A stretch of 64,000 bases of DNA, from NCBI RefSeq assembly GCF_001194135.2, contig NC_068984.1, positions 31,774,776 through 31,838,775 of the forward strand. Direction: 5' to 3'. The stretch comes from Octopus bimaculoides (lineage: Eukaryota). Below are positions 36,108-49,152 of the stretch, piece by piece. The position numbers and the translations under genes were made by a program. Position 1 is the stretch's first letter, and each line of letters starts with the position of its first letter. The notes under the pieces were generated by a model. It worked only from the letters and a program-made list of their open reading frames with translations. It was not told the DNA's origin and searched no databases.

Positions 36108-38314
36108 ATATAGTCACTGGTGAAAACTAGGGCTTCACAGTAAAATTCACAGGAGAATATAGCAATTATAGGGAATAATTTATCCGTTACTATTTTAAAT
36201 TAGGGGAGGACCTGAACTCTGTAGCACAAGCTAAGTAACATGAATTAGTTTTATTATATTGTCTGCTTACAGAGAATAATTATATACCATTTCATTCTGT
36301 GGTACATATTGCAAACTAGGTAAACTCAATCATTAAAAGTTATGCATAGTGATAATATAATGTTCATTACCTACTAATTTGATTATCTACTCTCATCTCA
36401 CCTTTAATGCAACTGCTATCAAATTACCATTTAATGTTCTAATAAGAGTTTGAATCTCAAGCAGAATAGATCATAACTATACACAGTTCCCAGTGCTTAC
36501 TACATTTAGCCGTATTTTTTTATGTAAACCATTTTTATGCCCTAGACAGAGAAGAAATGGCAGTTACCATGAACTTTATCTACGGTCTCTAAGGCTGTAG
36601 AGGAAAATGAAGGAAACCAGCACTCGTGAGTTACTACAGTAGGAAGCAATAGGTGATTATTTGGACAAATATCTAATCTGAATTATCACCACCAAGTTGA
36701 CTCTGCTAAACGCATCCAATAGTCATGCTGTGATGCTAAACTATGCAATGAAATATTTTTTATTTCATATAAATTCATCAAAATATAAAATATTTATTTA
36801 CCATCTATTTGTAATTTTAAAATCAAAACGTATCAAATTTAAGTAATTTGTTAACATAGTATAGTTATTAATTTAAAATATGACTCCAAAATTATTACAA
36901 TCCATTCAACATGTTTCAATACTGCTTCAATATACCCAATATTACTCATAAGGCTTGAGTTGACTCTTGTCTAAAGTGTTTGTGTACTAAGGCTGGTTGA
37001 TACTGAAAACATATGATTATAAATTAAAATTTTTAACCACATAAATGTGTCACCTGACCTTAAAAGTTAAAAGCATCGAAGGGCAGGTGGTGGTGTTAAA
37101 CCAGATGAAGTTTTAGCTTCACCAAATTCCAGCTAAGTGAACTGAGCCAGTAAGAATTATAGTTCTGTGTTAATGAATCATTTAAATGCCATTGAAGAAG
37201 TATGAACCAATAACTCCTTTGTTAGTAACATGGCACCTAAACAGCTTGGTCATCTGTGACTCTCAGACAAAAATATCATACCTAAACTGAATAATAAACA
37301 GATTTTAAACAATGTGACACCAAAGTTAGAAATCACCAAGATGGAAGAAAATATATTGATTTTTTTTTACTTTGCAAGTCTAATCTGTGAATGGAACCAT
37401 TAAATTATTCAAACTTCTCTCTAAGTTCAGCTTCCAATTTATGCTAATTCTTGTCTAATGCCCCAGAAATAGTTTTGGCAGTCAGTTTGTGACTGGCTCT
37501 CATCTTGCTAAAGATAATAGGAAAAATTTAAAAAAAAAGAAAGAAACAGATGAAGTTTACATATACAACCCCCCTCTCTCTCTCTCATACACTATCACAG
37601 AGGTATAGGTATATTCTATACACACTCTTATATAACTTTACATAGATAAACACATTTACACGCATATACATATACCTAGATACAAATAATAGCAAATATT
37701 ATAAATAAAAGCAATCATTTATGTAACCATATAAACGCAGGCATGGTTTGAATTATAAATAAACACATAAAGGCATATTTCACACTTGGTAAGGTAAACG
37801 TTATGTCTTTTGAATATCATTATAATATTATAATTTCAATAAAACAAGAATGACACATTGAGACAATAACATGACTTCTTCCAGATCAGCTAGTTTTGCA
37901 GATACATCTTTTGCACATAACGTATACTTCTAGATATTTTTCTTGGCTGACATAATGCTTCCATTGTAGCTTTGTATAAAACGGAATTTTATGTTGGTGC
38001 AATTATTTTCACAGATGGATTTCATCCCTTCAGCCAAATAACCAATCCTTAAAGAAGAAGAGAATCAGCTTTTATTGTCAAGAAGACTTGAGTAAGTGCT
38101 GTTATGTATGCTGTTTTATTGCTCTAAGACATAACACAAAGGGTTTAATAAGCTTTCAGGATATAGTCATATATTAAGTTGTCTATCAACTCAAGCTCCA
38201 TTAGATATCTTTGCCGTGAATACACGCATTTGCACGTGCATGTCCACAAGCACACACACATACACAAAAACAAACAATCTCATAGACACATACTTATATT
38301 CGTAGAAGACCAAC

Positions 38315-38760
38315 AGATTCAACAAAATATTTAATAGACATACCCTGAAATTGTCCTTTAGCCGTGCACCTAGAGTAAAAAAAAGATTTTAGTAGGTAGG
38401 CCCAGACCCAAGACTGAAACAGGATGCTCATGCAGGGGTAACACAACTTGTCCACTAAGTGGCCACTGCAATATGGAAACAGTTGTTTACAAGACAGAAG
38501 TAACAGCAACAGGACCCAATGAACAACTGAGCATGTGGAAATATGTGGGGGCAACAGAAGGGCCCTTCAGAACCTACTTTAACAACCACAAGTCCTCGTT
38601 CAACATCCCAGAGAGATGTAATGCCACAACCCTAGCCAAGCACATCTGGTATTTGAAAGAAAGTGCTACAGAGTACAGCATAAGGTGGAAGATCCTAGAA
38701 AGATGCAGATCATACTTCAATAGCAGCAGGAAGTGCAGATTAGGCCTGGCCAAAGAAATG
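38315..38760 (+). mobile_element. Penelope-like element fragment (Cys linker plus GIY-YIG)
   Basis: KIFNRHTLKLSFS, GCSCRGNTTCPLSGHCNMETVVYK...KYVGATEGPFRTYFNNHKSSF...TLAKHIWYLK...IRWKILERC. Confidence 0.9.
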
Positions 38761-41099
38761 TTTGACCAAAGCACACACCAATACATCCATGTACACACAA
38801 GCACACCCCTATAAAGCAGACACCCTGCAAATAATTATAACCACCCCCAAAACATATCCATTCACACAAATTGTACCCGCACATATACACAGACTTCACA
38901 CACATTACACACCGCTCGTTGACATAAAAACCCCCTCCCATGACTTTATCCTTTACAGGAAGAAAACAGACCAACGAACGCAGTTAAATATACCTAGAGA
39001 CCTGGAAAAAATTATACATATGACAACACTACACATACCCCGTATCACAACACCATCCCTGCAAGGACACCCACTTTAAGATAACTCTTGCCAGCTTCAC
39101 AGCGTACGCAACCAAGGGACATAACTCCCAACCCAATCCCCTAGATCTTTTTTTCACAGCAACCACTGACTGGTTGTGTTAATCTACCTCTGACAGTAGA
39201 GAGCAGTTGCCACTTTTTAAAAGAATTTGGTGTTTTAATTAATTTACATTACATGTTTCGTTTTTTTTTTGAAAGACCTTATCAAAAATGAGTATAAAAT
39301 ATGTCAGAAGAGAAGAGGGCTATTAATAAAATAAAATTGAAATTAAAATTAAGAATAACATTTATTGTTTACTGTTATTTCTTGCATGCGCACGTCGTCC
39401 TTTTGTTCTGTTCTTGAGGCATGGTAAATTCAACTCGCTGTGATAGTAAATTACTACTATCTGTTTTTGTAAATTAAATAGTGGTCAAGACTTGTTTTCT
39501 AGGAGTGGCTGTAGCCGTCGAATAACCAGCAGCAGTAATAATAATAATAATAACAATAGTAGTAGGAGGAGGAGTCATTGTGGTGAAGTTGTTCCCCTTG
39601 TGGTTTTAATAGAAATCTGATACAAAGTTGAACTGTGAACTTTTATGCTTCTTTTTTCTTCATCTTATTCCTTTTACTCCTGTCCTCTCTGTTGTAATTT
39701 CATTAATCTATACCTTCCCATTTTCCCCATTTGTCTCCAATAACAGAATATCCCATACTGTGGGATGTCCCAGAAACAACTGTAACACTTTGAATTTTTT
39801 TTCAAATAATAATAATGTGTATGACTTGAGATGTTTGCTTTGCATTAATATTTGTTGTTCTCTTTAACAATTATATATCCTCTATATCGGAAATCTGCAA
39901 TGGCTCCATAACTACCATTTCGGCTATAACCTTGGAGCCCTAGTAATCCACTACAGCACTTACCTAGCGTACCTAATCGTTTAGATCACCTGTGAACTAA
40001 ATCCCCAAAACGAGATAACTTTTTAAGGGCAATAAAAGTGCCATTTTGGATTGTTACCAGAATATAACAAATATGTATAATATATTTCTGTCACACCATT
40101 CACCATGCCAGCATGGGAAATTGACGTTGGGTGTTGATAATGATGTGTAGGAGGATTTGCTAGAGGAATGAAAACATGAAAGTGGCACAGGCTGGGTCTG
40201 AACTTTAAATAGAAGAAGAATGAAAATAAATACAGTTAGTTTTAGTTTTCTATTCTCTGAAACCTTTTCATTTCCCTTCCACAAAATAGATATCTAATTT
40301 AAAAAGTGTTAATGTAAAAATGTTGATCTGTGCAATGGAGAAATCATATGATAGCCTTCTCTTCTGGAATAGTGTTATCAACTCCAATGGACTGTGTCAA
40401 GTAAATGTTTTATCATCTTTAGTAGTGTACAATCATGTTAAGGTTACTTGTTATTTCACTCAATTATTATTTTGCATGTTTTATAACTGTTTAATTGCAG
40501 AATTATAGCGCTGTATCTTCGTTCCAGTGAAAGCACATGTGTAGTTTTAAACAATTTATTATAGCACTTCTCTAAAAGACCTAAAAGTTGATGTGCATCT
40601 TGTTTTCTTAACTTTTCTCAACTATTACCAACTCTGGTAAAAAAAATATTCATTTGGGATTTGTTGTTCTTTGTCATGCTTTTTTCTAATAATTTTATCA
40701 ACAGAGCATTTACTAAAAGAAAACAAAATAACAAAATAAAGCAATAACAATGAAATAGTAATAAAAAGCAAAGTAAAAAACCAAATTAAAATGCTTATGC
40801 AACAAAATGAAGCTAATTTTTTTGTTAAAATCTAGCAAAAGACAAAACAAAATTAGCAATAGTAAAAGCAAAAATATAAATAAAAAATATAAATGCAAAC
40901 AATAAAAGAGCAAAATATGTCTAAAAAATGAAATAATGATAAAAAGATTAAAATTATAAGAAATAATGATATAATCAAAAAATAATTAAAAAATCTTTAC
41001 ACTGAAAATTATTATTGTAAACTGAAAAGTTATTTCTAAATGTAGCAGCAGCAGTACTAGTAGTGCGGGAGTGGATAATGAGTGTAATAATAATAATCC

Positions 41100-41310
41100 T
41101 TTCTACTATAGGCACAAGGCTTGAAATTTGGGGGGGAGGAGGCTAGTTGATTACATCGACCCCAGTGCATAACTAGACTTATTACATCAGCCCTGAAAGA
41201 ATGAAAGGCAAAGTTGACCCTGGTGGAATTTGAACTCAGAACATCATGATGAATAAAATGCCACTAAACATTTTGCCCAGTATGCTAATGATTCTGCCAG
41301 CTCACTGCCT
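41100..41310 (-). mobile_element. SINE (55218 family), minus strand
   Basis: GGCACAAGGCTTGAAATTTGGGG...GAAAGGCAAAGTTGACCCTGGTGGAATTTGAACTCAG...CTGCCAGCTCACTGCCTT. Confidence 0.82.
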
Positions 41311-41515
41311 TAATAATTATAATCATAATGACTCCTGATGTTGGCAGTATTGTTTGGTGATTTACAGTACTTAACTGATGGTTAAATTTTGGCAGGATTT
41401 GACCTCAGAAACAGAAAGGGACATTACTAAAGAATAATAAAGCTTTTTTTTTTCTGATGTTCTGACAATTTTGCCAATGACAGAATTTAATCCACAAAAT
41501 ACACTCTATAAAGAT

Positions 41516-41890
41516 AGGAGTGGCTGTGTGGTAAATAGCTTGCTTACCAACCACATGGTTCTGGAAACTTGGGAAAGTGTCTTCTACTATAGCCTCAGGC
41601 CAAACAAAGCCTTGTGAGTGGATATGGTAGAGAGAAACTGAAAGAAGCCCATCGTATGTGTGTGTGTGTATGTAAGTTTATGTGTCTGTGTTTGACCCTC
41701 AGCATTGCTTGGCAACTGATGCCAGTGTGTTTACATCTCCGTAATTTAGTGGTTCAGCAAAAGAGATTGATAGAATAAGTACTAGGCTTACAAAAAATAA
41801 GCCCTGAAGTCGATTTGCTCGACTAAGGGTGGTGCACCAGCATGGCCACAGTCAAATGACTAAAACTACTAAAAAAGTAAAGGAAAGAAT
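41516..41890 (+). mobile_element. tRNA-derived SINE (28536 family)
   Basis: AGGAGTGGCTGTGTGGTAAATAGC...GAAACTGAAAGAAGCCC (GT)n ...CATGGCCACAGTCAAATGAC. Confidence 0.88.
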
Positions 41891-44800
41891 ATCTGGCAAA
41901 AAATTCAAAAAGATAATGTACCTCTTCTGCAAATAGCAGCAGCAACAATAACGATTTCTAGTATAAGAGCAAGGCCACTGAATTTGGTTGGAGAATAGTC
42001 TTGACTGCATTGTTTCCGTTGTTGCCTAGAACCAGGGATTTGAAATCCAAACATAAAAAGACATGGGCAAATATCAGGAGGCATTTTGTTTGATGCACCA
42101 CTGATTCAGAACATAAACAAAAATGATAAAAAGAAATAAAAAATATAAATGAATATTTCAGAGTCAAACTGTCTTGTATTTTTACTTTTATAATATTGGT
42201 GTGGTGGCCTATGTATTTCATGAAGGTTTTTTGTTATCTTGTTCCTTTATATCTTCTAGGATTTCCTCTTGCTCTTGGATTTACATGAATGCATTTATGT
42301 GTGTATATGCACATATGAATGTATCAGTGTGCATGTGTGTGTGTGCTTGTATATATATATGCATGTATGTATGTATATATATACACAAACACACAGATAT
42401 ATATATCTATATATATATATATATATANNNNNNNNNNATATATATATATATATATATCTGTATGTATGCATATGTGTATGAATGTGTGTATGTAAACATG
42501 ATTAGGAAATGCATTAGATTAAAAATAAAAGATAGTATACAAATAACAAACACACACCCATGTGCATGCATACACATGAATAAATGAATAAAGGAAGGAA
42601 ACAAAATGTGGGCAGTTTGGATAGCATTATTCAACCCACCACGACCATCTTTCTGATTTCATCAAGAGTAATCAACTCAGTAAAACACTAGGCTGATTTT
42701 GAGCTGTGATAATCAACAAATTTCATTATGCAGACTACATGGAACCAAAGGAGCAAGTCTGCTTGACTGTTTTTGCTAATGTTTTCCTTTTTATTTTGTA
42801 TATTAAAAAAAGTAATTTATTATTAATTTTATCATTATTTTATGAAAAAACATCATATCTTCCATCGCAGTAAATACTATTAGAGGATTTTTATTTTTAT
42901 TTTTCATAGATCCTGTTTTTTTTTTTATTAATTATTACTCCTTATTTATTTCGGAATTTTTTAAATATTTTTTTTTAACTGTTATTTTGTGTAGAGATTA
43001 TCTTTTTCAAATGCAAATCAGATAATGAATACTGATGATAATAACAAAAAAAAAATAAAGAAAATATATATAACAAATGAAGATTAAATGAACAACAACA
43101 ATAATGATATTAACATTACAAAAAAAAAAAAGAAAAGGAAAGAAAACTTACAAAATATAATCGATGCATGCAAATAGTGGAAAGATACTGGATTATAAGA
43201 ACAATAAGGACCAGATAAGATCCAGATTTAGTATTCACATTTGATTTTCAGGTCATAAATTAAGTTGTGATGGAGTTTGCTCAAATTGTCTGACCACAGA
43301 AAATCACATCATTTTATCACAATTTCTGTAGAAATAATGTGGAAATTTCAAAAAAGAAAAAAAATATATAATAAAAGAAAAAAAACTATGAGTCTATACA
43401 TATATTTACTTCATTATTATGAGTGTTACACTATTGTTAATTTATTTATTCCTTTTCTTTACCATTAAAATAATTCTTCGTTGGAGACATCACATCAATT
43501 TATCGTATTGACATAAATTGGAGGACTCTACAAATTTGCTCACACTCTACCAGTTCCTACTCATATAGTTAGTTTGTTAATTACATATATCTTGGCTGGA
43601 TCTTATCTAAGTGGTTCCAAGCTTCAAGCAATTAGTCACTGACCCATAAAAATGTAAAGATAATTAAGTGATTATTAGGTTTTTTTTTTCCAAATAAAGA
43701 AGTAAAATATAGTGGACAGTGTTAGCTAGTAAATAAGATTAATACTGTAGAATGTTTGACTAAATGCAAATACAGTGTTTAGCTTGAGATCTTTTGTTTT
43801 TGAGTTCAAAACTACATGGGTGAAATTAGTTAGATGGAACCTCTGTACTAACTCAGTTTAGGTCTTCAGTCCGAAGATAGTTTTTAACTTCATACATCTT
43901 GAATTTTAGTTCAAATCAATTTGAAGTCACTTCTCATTTTTGACATTTTATGGGGCCAATAAAACTGATGCTATGTATAAACATATGTAATATAGTGGGG
44001 AAAAGGAGAGGAGTGTCATCTCAGTTAACTACAACCTTCCTCATTGTAAGAAAAAGGTGTAACATATTCACAGAGATAATGTGACTGTATGATTAAAGTA
44101 AAAATCAAAGGTGCAAAAGTTGCCTGAAAAGAAACCTAACTAAAGACCTTTATAAAGATGAGTAACTTGGATATAAGTTTGTTGATGGGTTTACTGATAC
44201 TGCAAAACTAGTTCAGAAGATTACTTCACATCCACAAAGTTCTAGATTTGATCCCACTTTACTATGCCTTATGAAAATGTCTTCTACAACAACTCTAGGG
44301 TCATCATGAAACTTATGAATGTTTTTTGAGTAGATGGGTAGAGAAACTATGTAGAACAGAAGTTACACATCACCACCTGAATGTTAGATATCTTCAACAA
44401 AGACTACTCTTTTACAAGCACTTAGATTTTGTTCCTAGATTGAAGATTGATCAATTCTTGATAGACTACTCCTACTGTCGCAAACATTGGGTCATATTTT
44501 GTGACTCTGAACTAGGTGATGGGGGTAAACAAAAGCAACAAAAATAATAGTTGTTGTTTTTGGTTGACTCTAGTTTAGACCTGAGTGACAAGACTTATAA
44601 TTGGTTTAAATTTGTGAGTATTTTGTATGACTTCAGACAGTGAAACATGGATTATGTTATCATGAATAATCCATGCTTCACTATGCATTGTTCACTCTTC
44701 TGAATACTGTTGCTGAAGCAGGGAGGTGTGTCACTCTGGCAACCTTTACCCACCCTCTACAATTCTTTTGTCCTCATACTCTATTGGATATGTTACCTTG

Positions 44801-47374
44801 AGCATACACTGACTCCTCATAGTCATCTTATCTGTCCTTCAGGAAATATTTTACCATCTATATACAATGTGGAATAGCACAGTATCTCATCCAGCTTAAT
44901 TCCTGACACCATCTTAACTCCCTGTTACCCCTCTCTCCCTCTTTCTCTCTCTTTAAGCCTATGATGCTACTTTTTCTTTTCTCCCTCCTTTTAACCTCCT
45001 AAGACTGCCACCTCTCAACAAAAACGCTAATTAGCTTCTTACCACACAGCCACTCTTGCGCCTATGTGAATATCATTTTGATTGATTTATATGTAAACAG
45101 TTTTTTAGATTATTATGACTCAGGTCTATGTCTTTCCATGTGAATTGCTATAACAGAGTGGTTTCCAATATTTTGTTTCTCAGAACCCACTTGCATCAAA
45201 TGGAATTTTACAAATGACCCCTTTGCAATGTTTTGTAAAAGGAAGAAAAAAGTGAATATCATTTTAATCAAACAGAACCTTAGTTTATTATTCATATTTC
45301 CTTTTACCATTTTATTCAGTGTATACTTCTCTTTAGATATTTGCATGGACTATTATTCCATATTTCTTTATGGAAATCACTACTGAAGCAAAATTTTTCT
45401 CATGTTATATTGGACTATAGTACATGACCAGTCACATTTCTGCTTGCTGAAAACACAATGTCTGCCACATATTCTAATACCAACAAGGATTTTTTGAAAA
45501 TTTGTTTTAAATATAAGTATTGGAGCTGGTTTGAATATGTTATAACTCATCTAAGTATCAATAATTTTTCCATAACATCCCCTTCACATTTGCCATTTCC
45601 TTGTGAGCTCACAAAGCATTAGAAGTTGCTCACTACTGCTCAGCTTAAGAACCACCACAATAGCCTAACCAATAAAAATATTAGATATCAATGTAATCAC
45701 AAATAACCCCATTTCATTAGACATCTATAACAATAAGGACCCTCAACAGCCATTATAGGAAAACAAATCAAGAAGAGTAATTAATTGGTACTTTATTTTA
45801 CTGATCCTAAAGTATTAAAAATAAATACGACTTCTACAGGATTTGAACTCAAAATAAGCAGGACTGTAATTAAATAAGAAACTATTGTCTGATGCATCAT
45901 TCAGATATGTATGTGTGTGTGTGTGTGTGCATGCATGAAGGCATGTGTATATATACATACACACTCACTTATAATATTCGCATATACAAATATGCATAAA
46001 TGCACATGCACATGCACGATCATATATACATGCATATGCACACACTCAGAAACATGAAGATGGGAAGATAGAGAAAGCTAAATAGATATACAAGCAAACT
46101 GATAAAGATATTTCTTTTCTGTATATATTTGGCAAGAGGTTTGATCTTAAAAAATGTGTGTTATAACTAATATCGTGTTAAAGGAGAGTTATCTTTGCCA
46201 ATAATTAAACACATGCATTGATTGCTATTATTCACTTCTTCAATGTTTCATGACTGTGTTAGAATTATCAGTGTCTCTTTTATTTTTTGACACTTCTATG
46301 ACCTTTTCACTGATATCGGTTGCATCAATCGACTTTACAAATGGTTATTTCATATATACTATGTATAGTAATTGTTTATTCCTTTCTAAATCTTATTTCT
46401 TATTTTTGCATCGTTGCTATCTTTGTGATGGTGCTAACATTATCTGAACATTTTTTTTGCTTAATAATCAAGCATGATAAATTAGGAAAAGAATGATATG
46501 AAATACACATAACTGCTTTATTTTTGAAAAATGGTTGATGTCACAGGTGTGACTTATTCTATTTATTCTAAGTTCTTCAAGTCACAACCTTATTAAAAGA
46601 AAATGCACTGTATGATTGAACTCACAACACCATCAGCTCTAGATCAATATATATATATATATTTATATATATATATATATATATATGTACAAGGTGATTG
46701 AAATTTCCCTTATGAATTGGTATTGGCCAGATAAAAAAACAGTGTCAATTTTGGTCAGTTGGGCTATTTAATGTGCATCACATTTCCTTCTTTTATCCCT
46801 TCATCCCATCTTTTAATAATGACATTTCTCTAATGTTCATGAAATAGAATATGTATCAAAGGAAATTTACCAAGAACTAGCGAATATACTGTAAAAAAAA
46901 AAAACAATATAAGAACACAATATTCACAAAAGTTATGTATCATTTTAATGGTAAAAGATTTCCAAATCGTTCTGTGTGTGTGTTGTTGTTGTGCATGAGA
47001 GTGTGGGTGTATGTAAAGAAATAGGGATGGGAAAAAGGAAAGTAAAATTATGTGCCGAAAACAGGTAAAATACATGCAACAAGGACAGACATAATATCCT
47101 CTCGTCAGTTAGTGACTGAAAAGTAAGGCAATTTCGACACCTTATCAACAGGACTGCTACAGGATTGCCCACTGCACAGTGTTGCAAGTTATATGACAAG
47201 TGGTATCATGTTCAGGTTTCGTTAGGAGATGCTATCAAAGTATGGGGTAAGGAGACAGGACAACAAGTATAAGAAAAGTTAGGTACAACAAATATTTAAG
47301 TTTAAAATATGAGAGAAGATAGTTAACTCAGGATTAAGACAAACAGAACATTGGATGAAGTGACAAAGAATATT

Positions 47375-47525
47375 GGTTTCAAATTTTTGCACAAGGCCAG
47401 CAATTTCGCTTGAGGCTTAAATCAATTATATTGACCCCACTTTTCAACTGGTACTTATTTTATCAACCCTGAAAGGATGAAAGGCAAAGTCGAACTTGGC
47501 AGAATCTGAACCCAGAACATAAGTG
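47375..47525 (-). mobile_element. SINE fragment (55218 family)
   Basis: GGTACTTATTTTATCAACCCTGAAAGGATGAAAGGCAAAGTCGAAC. Confidence 0.72.
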
Positions 47526-48899
47526 AAAATCTTTTTTGACTGGAGTGAATAAAGCAAGCATAAAGCAATTGTGCAGATTTGTAACATTAAAACTACTAAA
47601 TCTACTATTTTTCACTTTGCATTACATATTTGCACAAGTGTCCATAGTTTGTTTGTTTTTACACTCTCGTCAAAAACCTTTCACTATTTGATATTCCTTA
47701 TCACTTTTCCATCTTCTCCTTTTTGACTGAACAGCACAAGTTATAATTTTGTTGTCGTTTTACAACTTCAGCACAGATAAATATTTGTTGCATCTAATTT
47801 TACTTATTCTTGTTGTCATCGCATCTCACCATCCTATAGCTTTGTGGTGTCCTGTCCTCATGATAGCAGTCTTTATAAATCTACTGGTTCTCTGAAGTGA
47901 GCAAACCTGTCTACATGAGTACTTTGATGTTTAGTTGAATGTTGACTTGAAAAGAGTGTTATCCACATTTATGTCAATCATTGTACTATGCTTTTTACTT
48001 GGTGTCTGTCTTTAAAATTTCTTGTATTTGGTTTTAACACTATATAGCCAATTTGCCACCCCCAACATACATGCATGCACATATAAACAACCTATCTTCT
48101 TCCAGCATATTGATAAAATAATGCAACTAAGTTGGCTAACCACATATGGGGCTTCTAGATCAACTCCACACCACAAATAATCAAGTGAAGAATTATGGAG
48201 AAATCCAAGCAATATTTTAATGGATCTAACAAATTCAACTTGTACATAGTCGAAAGATTTCATATTCTTCTTAGACCCAAGAATTCTACCATACTGCTTA
48301 ATTCCAGATCTGAAACTTTTAGCAGGAGCAAGTACATTGGAAAGTTCCTTTTGTTGAATTGGAAGATACCATCTGCTCTGAATTAAGTTGCTGTTTGGCA
48401 GACTCTGCTATATTTTCTGCAATATTGTTCCATACCGCACAAGCACACATGCACAATGGTGGCTTGGAGTTTGAATTGATCCTTCATGCTGCAACGTCCA
48501 ATCTACTTGGATCTCAACAAATGCACACTTCACCTTATCACCTCCTAGCCAATGTTATAGCCATTAGATTCAATCATTGTCTGAAGGTTGTGCTCAATGC
48601 ACAACTTATCCCTAACTGTTGGTGTGAGTTGGTTATTGAAGTTATACTCAGTATACATGCAACAATAAAGTTGACAATAAAGCTATATCCCTACAGAATT
48701 GATACAGAGAATCATGAATAGGTTATCAGGACAGTTAGTTGCCCCTAACACAGGAGCTTCATTTAAGATCCATGTACCTGTATTGATTGATTGAGACAAC
48801 TCATGGCAGACATCTCTCCAAGCAATCTATATCAACGTCAAAGAAATGAGAGAAAACACCTAAAGTTTTGTACATATGATATGAAATCATAGCTAGTGC

Positions 48900-49111
48900 T
48901 AATGCCATGAAAGAAGGCACCCATACCGGTAACATGTAAAAGGGTACACATATCAGTGACATGTAGAAGACACCCAGTACACTCTGTACGTGGTTGGCTT
49001 TAGGAAGGGCATCCACCTGTAGAAGCCAAGCCAAAACTGACGTCTGGAGCTTGGTGTAGCTCTGGTTCAAGCAATCTAACCCACGCCAGCAGCATGGAAA
49101 ATACACATTAA

Positions 49112-49148
<37 letters not shown>
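48900..49148 (+). mobile_element. RTE LINE 3' tail fragment, (GAT)n
   Basis: GTGGTTGGCTTTAGGAAGGGCATCCACCTGTAGAA...CAGCATGGAAAATACACATTAAATGATGATGATG. Confidence 0.85.

Positions 49149-49152
<4 letters not shown>

Noticed and set aside
42600-42680. Minus-strand KDGRGGL resembling the GGRGL motif of RLE LINEs
   Set aside because: Too short, with no flanking similarity.
46250-46350. Minus-strand FVKSIDATDIS resembling hAT/DUF659 FLKSIDAS
   Set aside because: A single short motif with stops nearby and no other hAT motifs.
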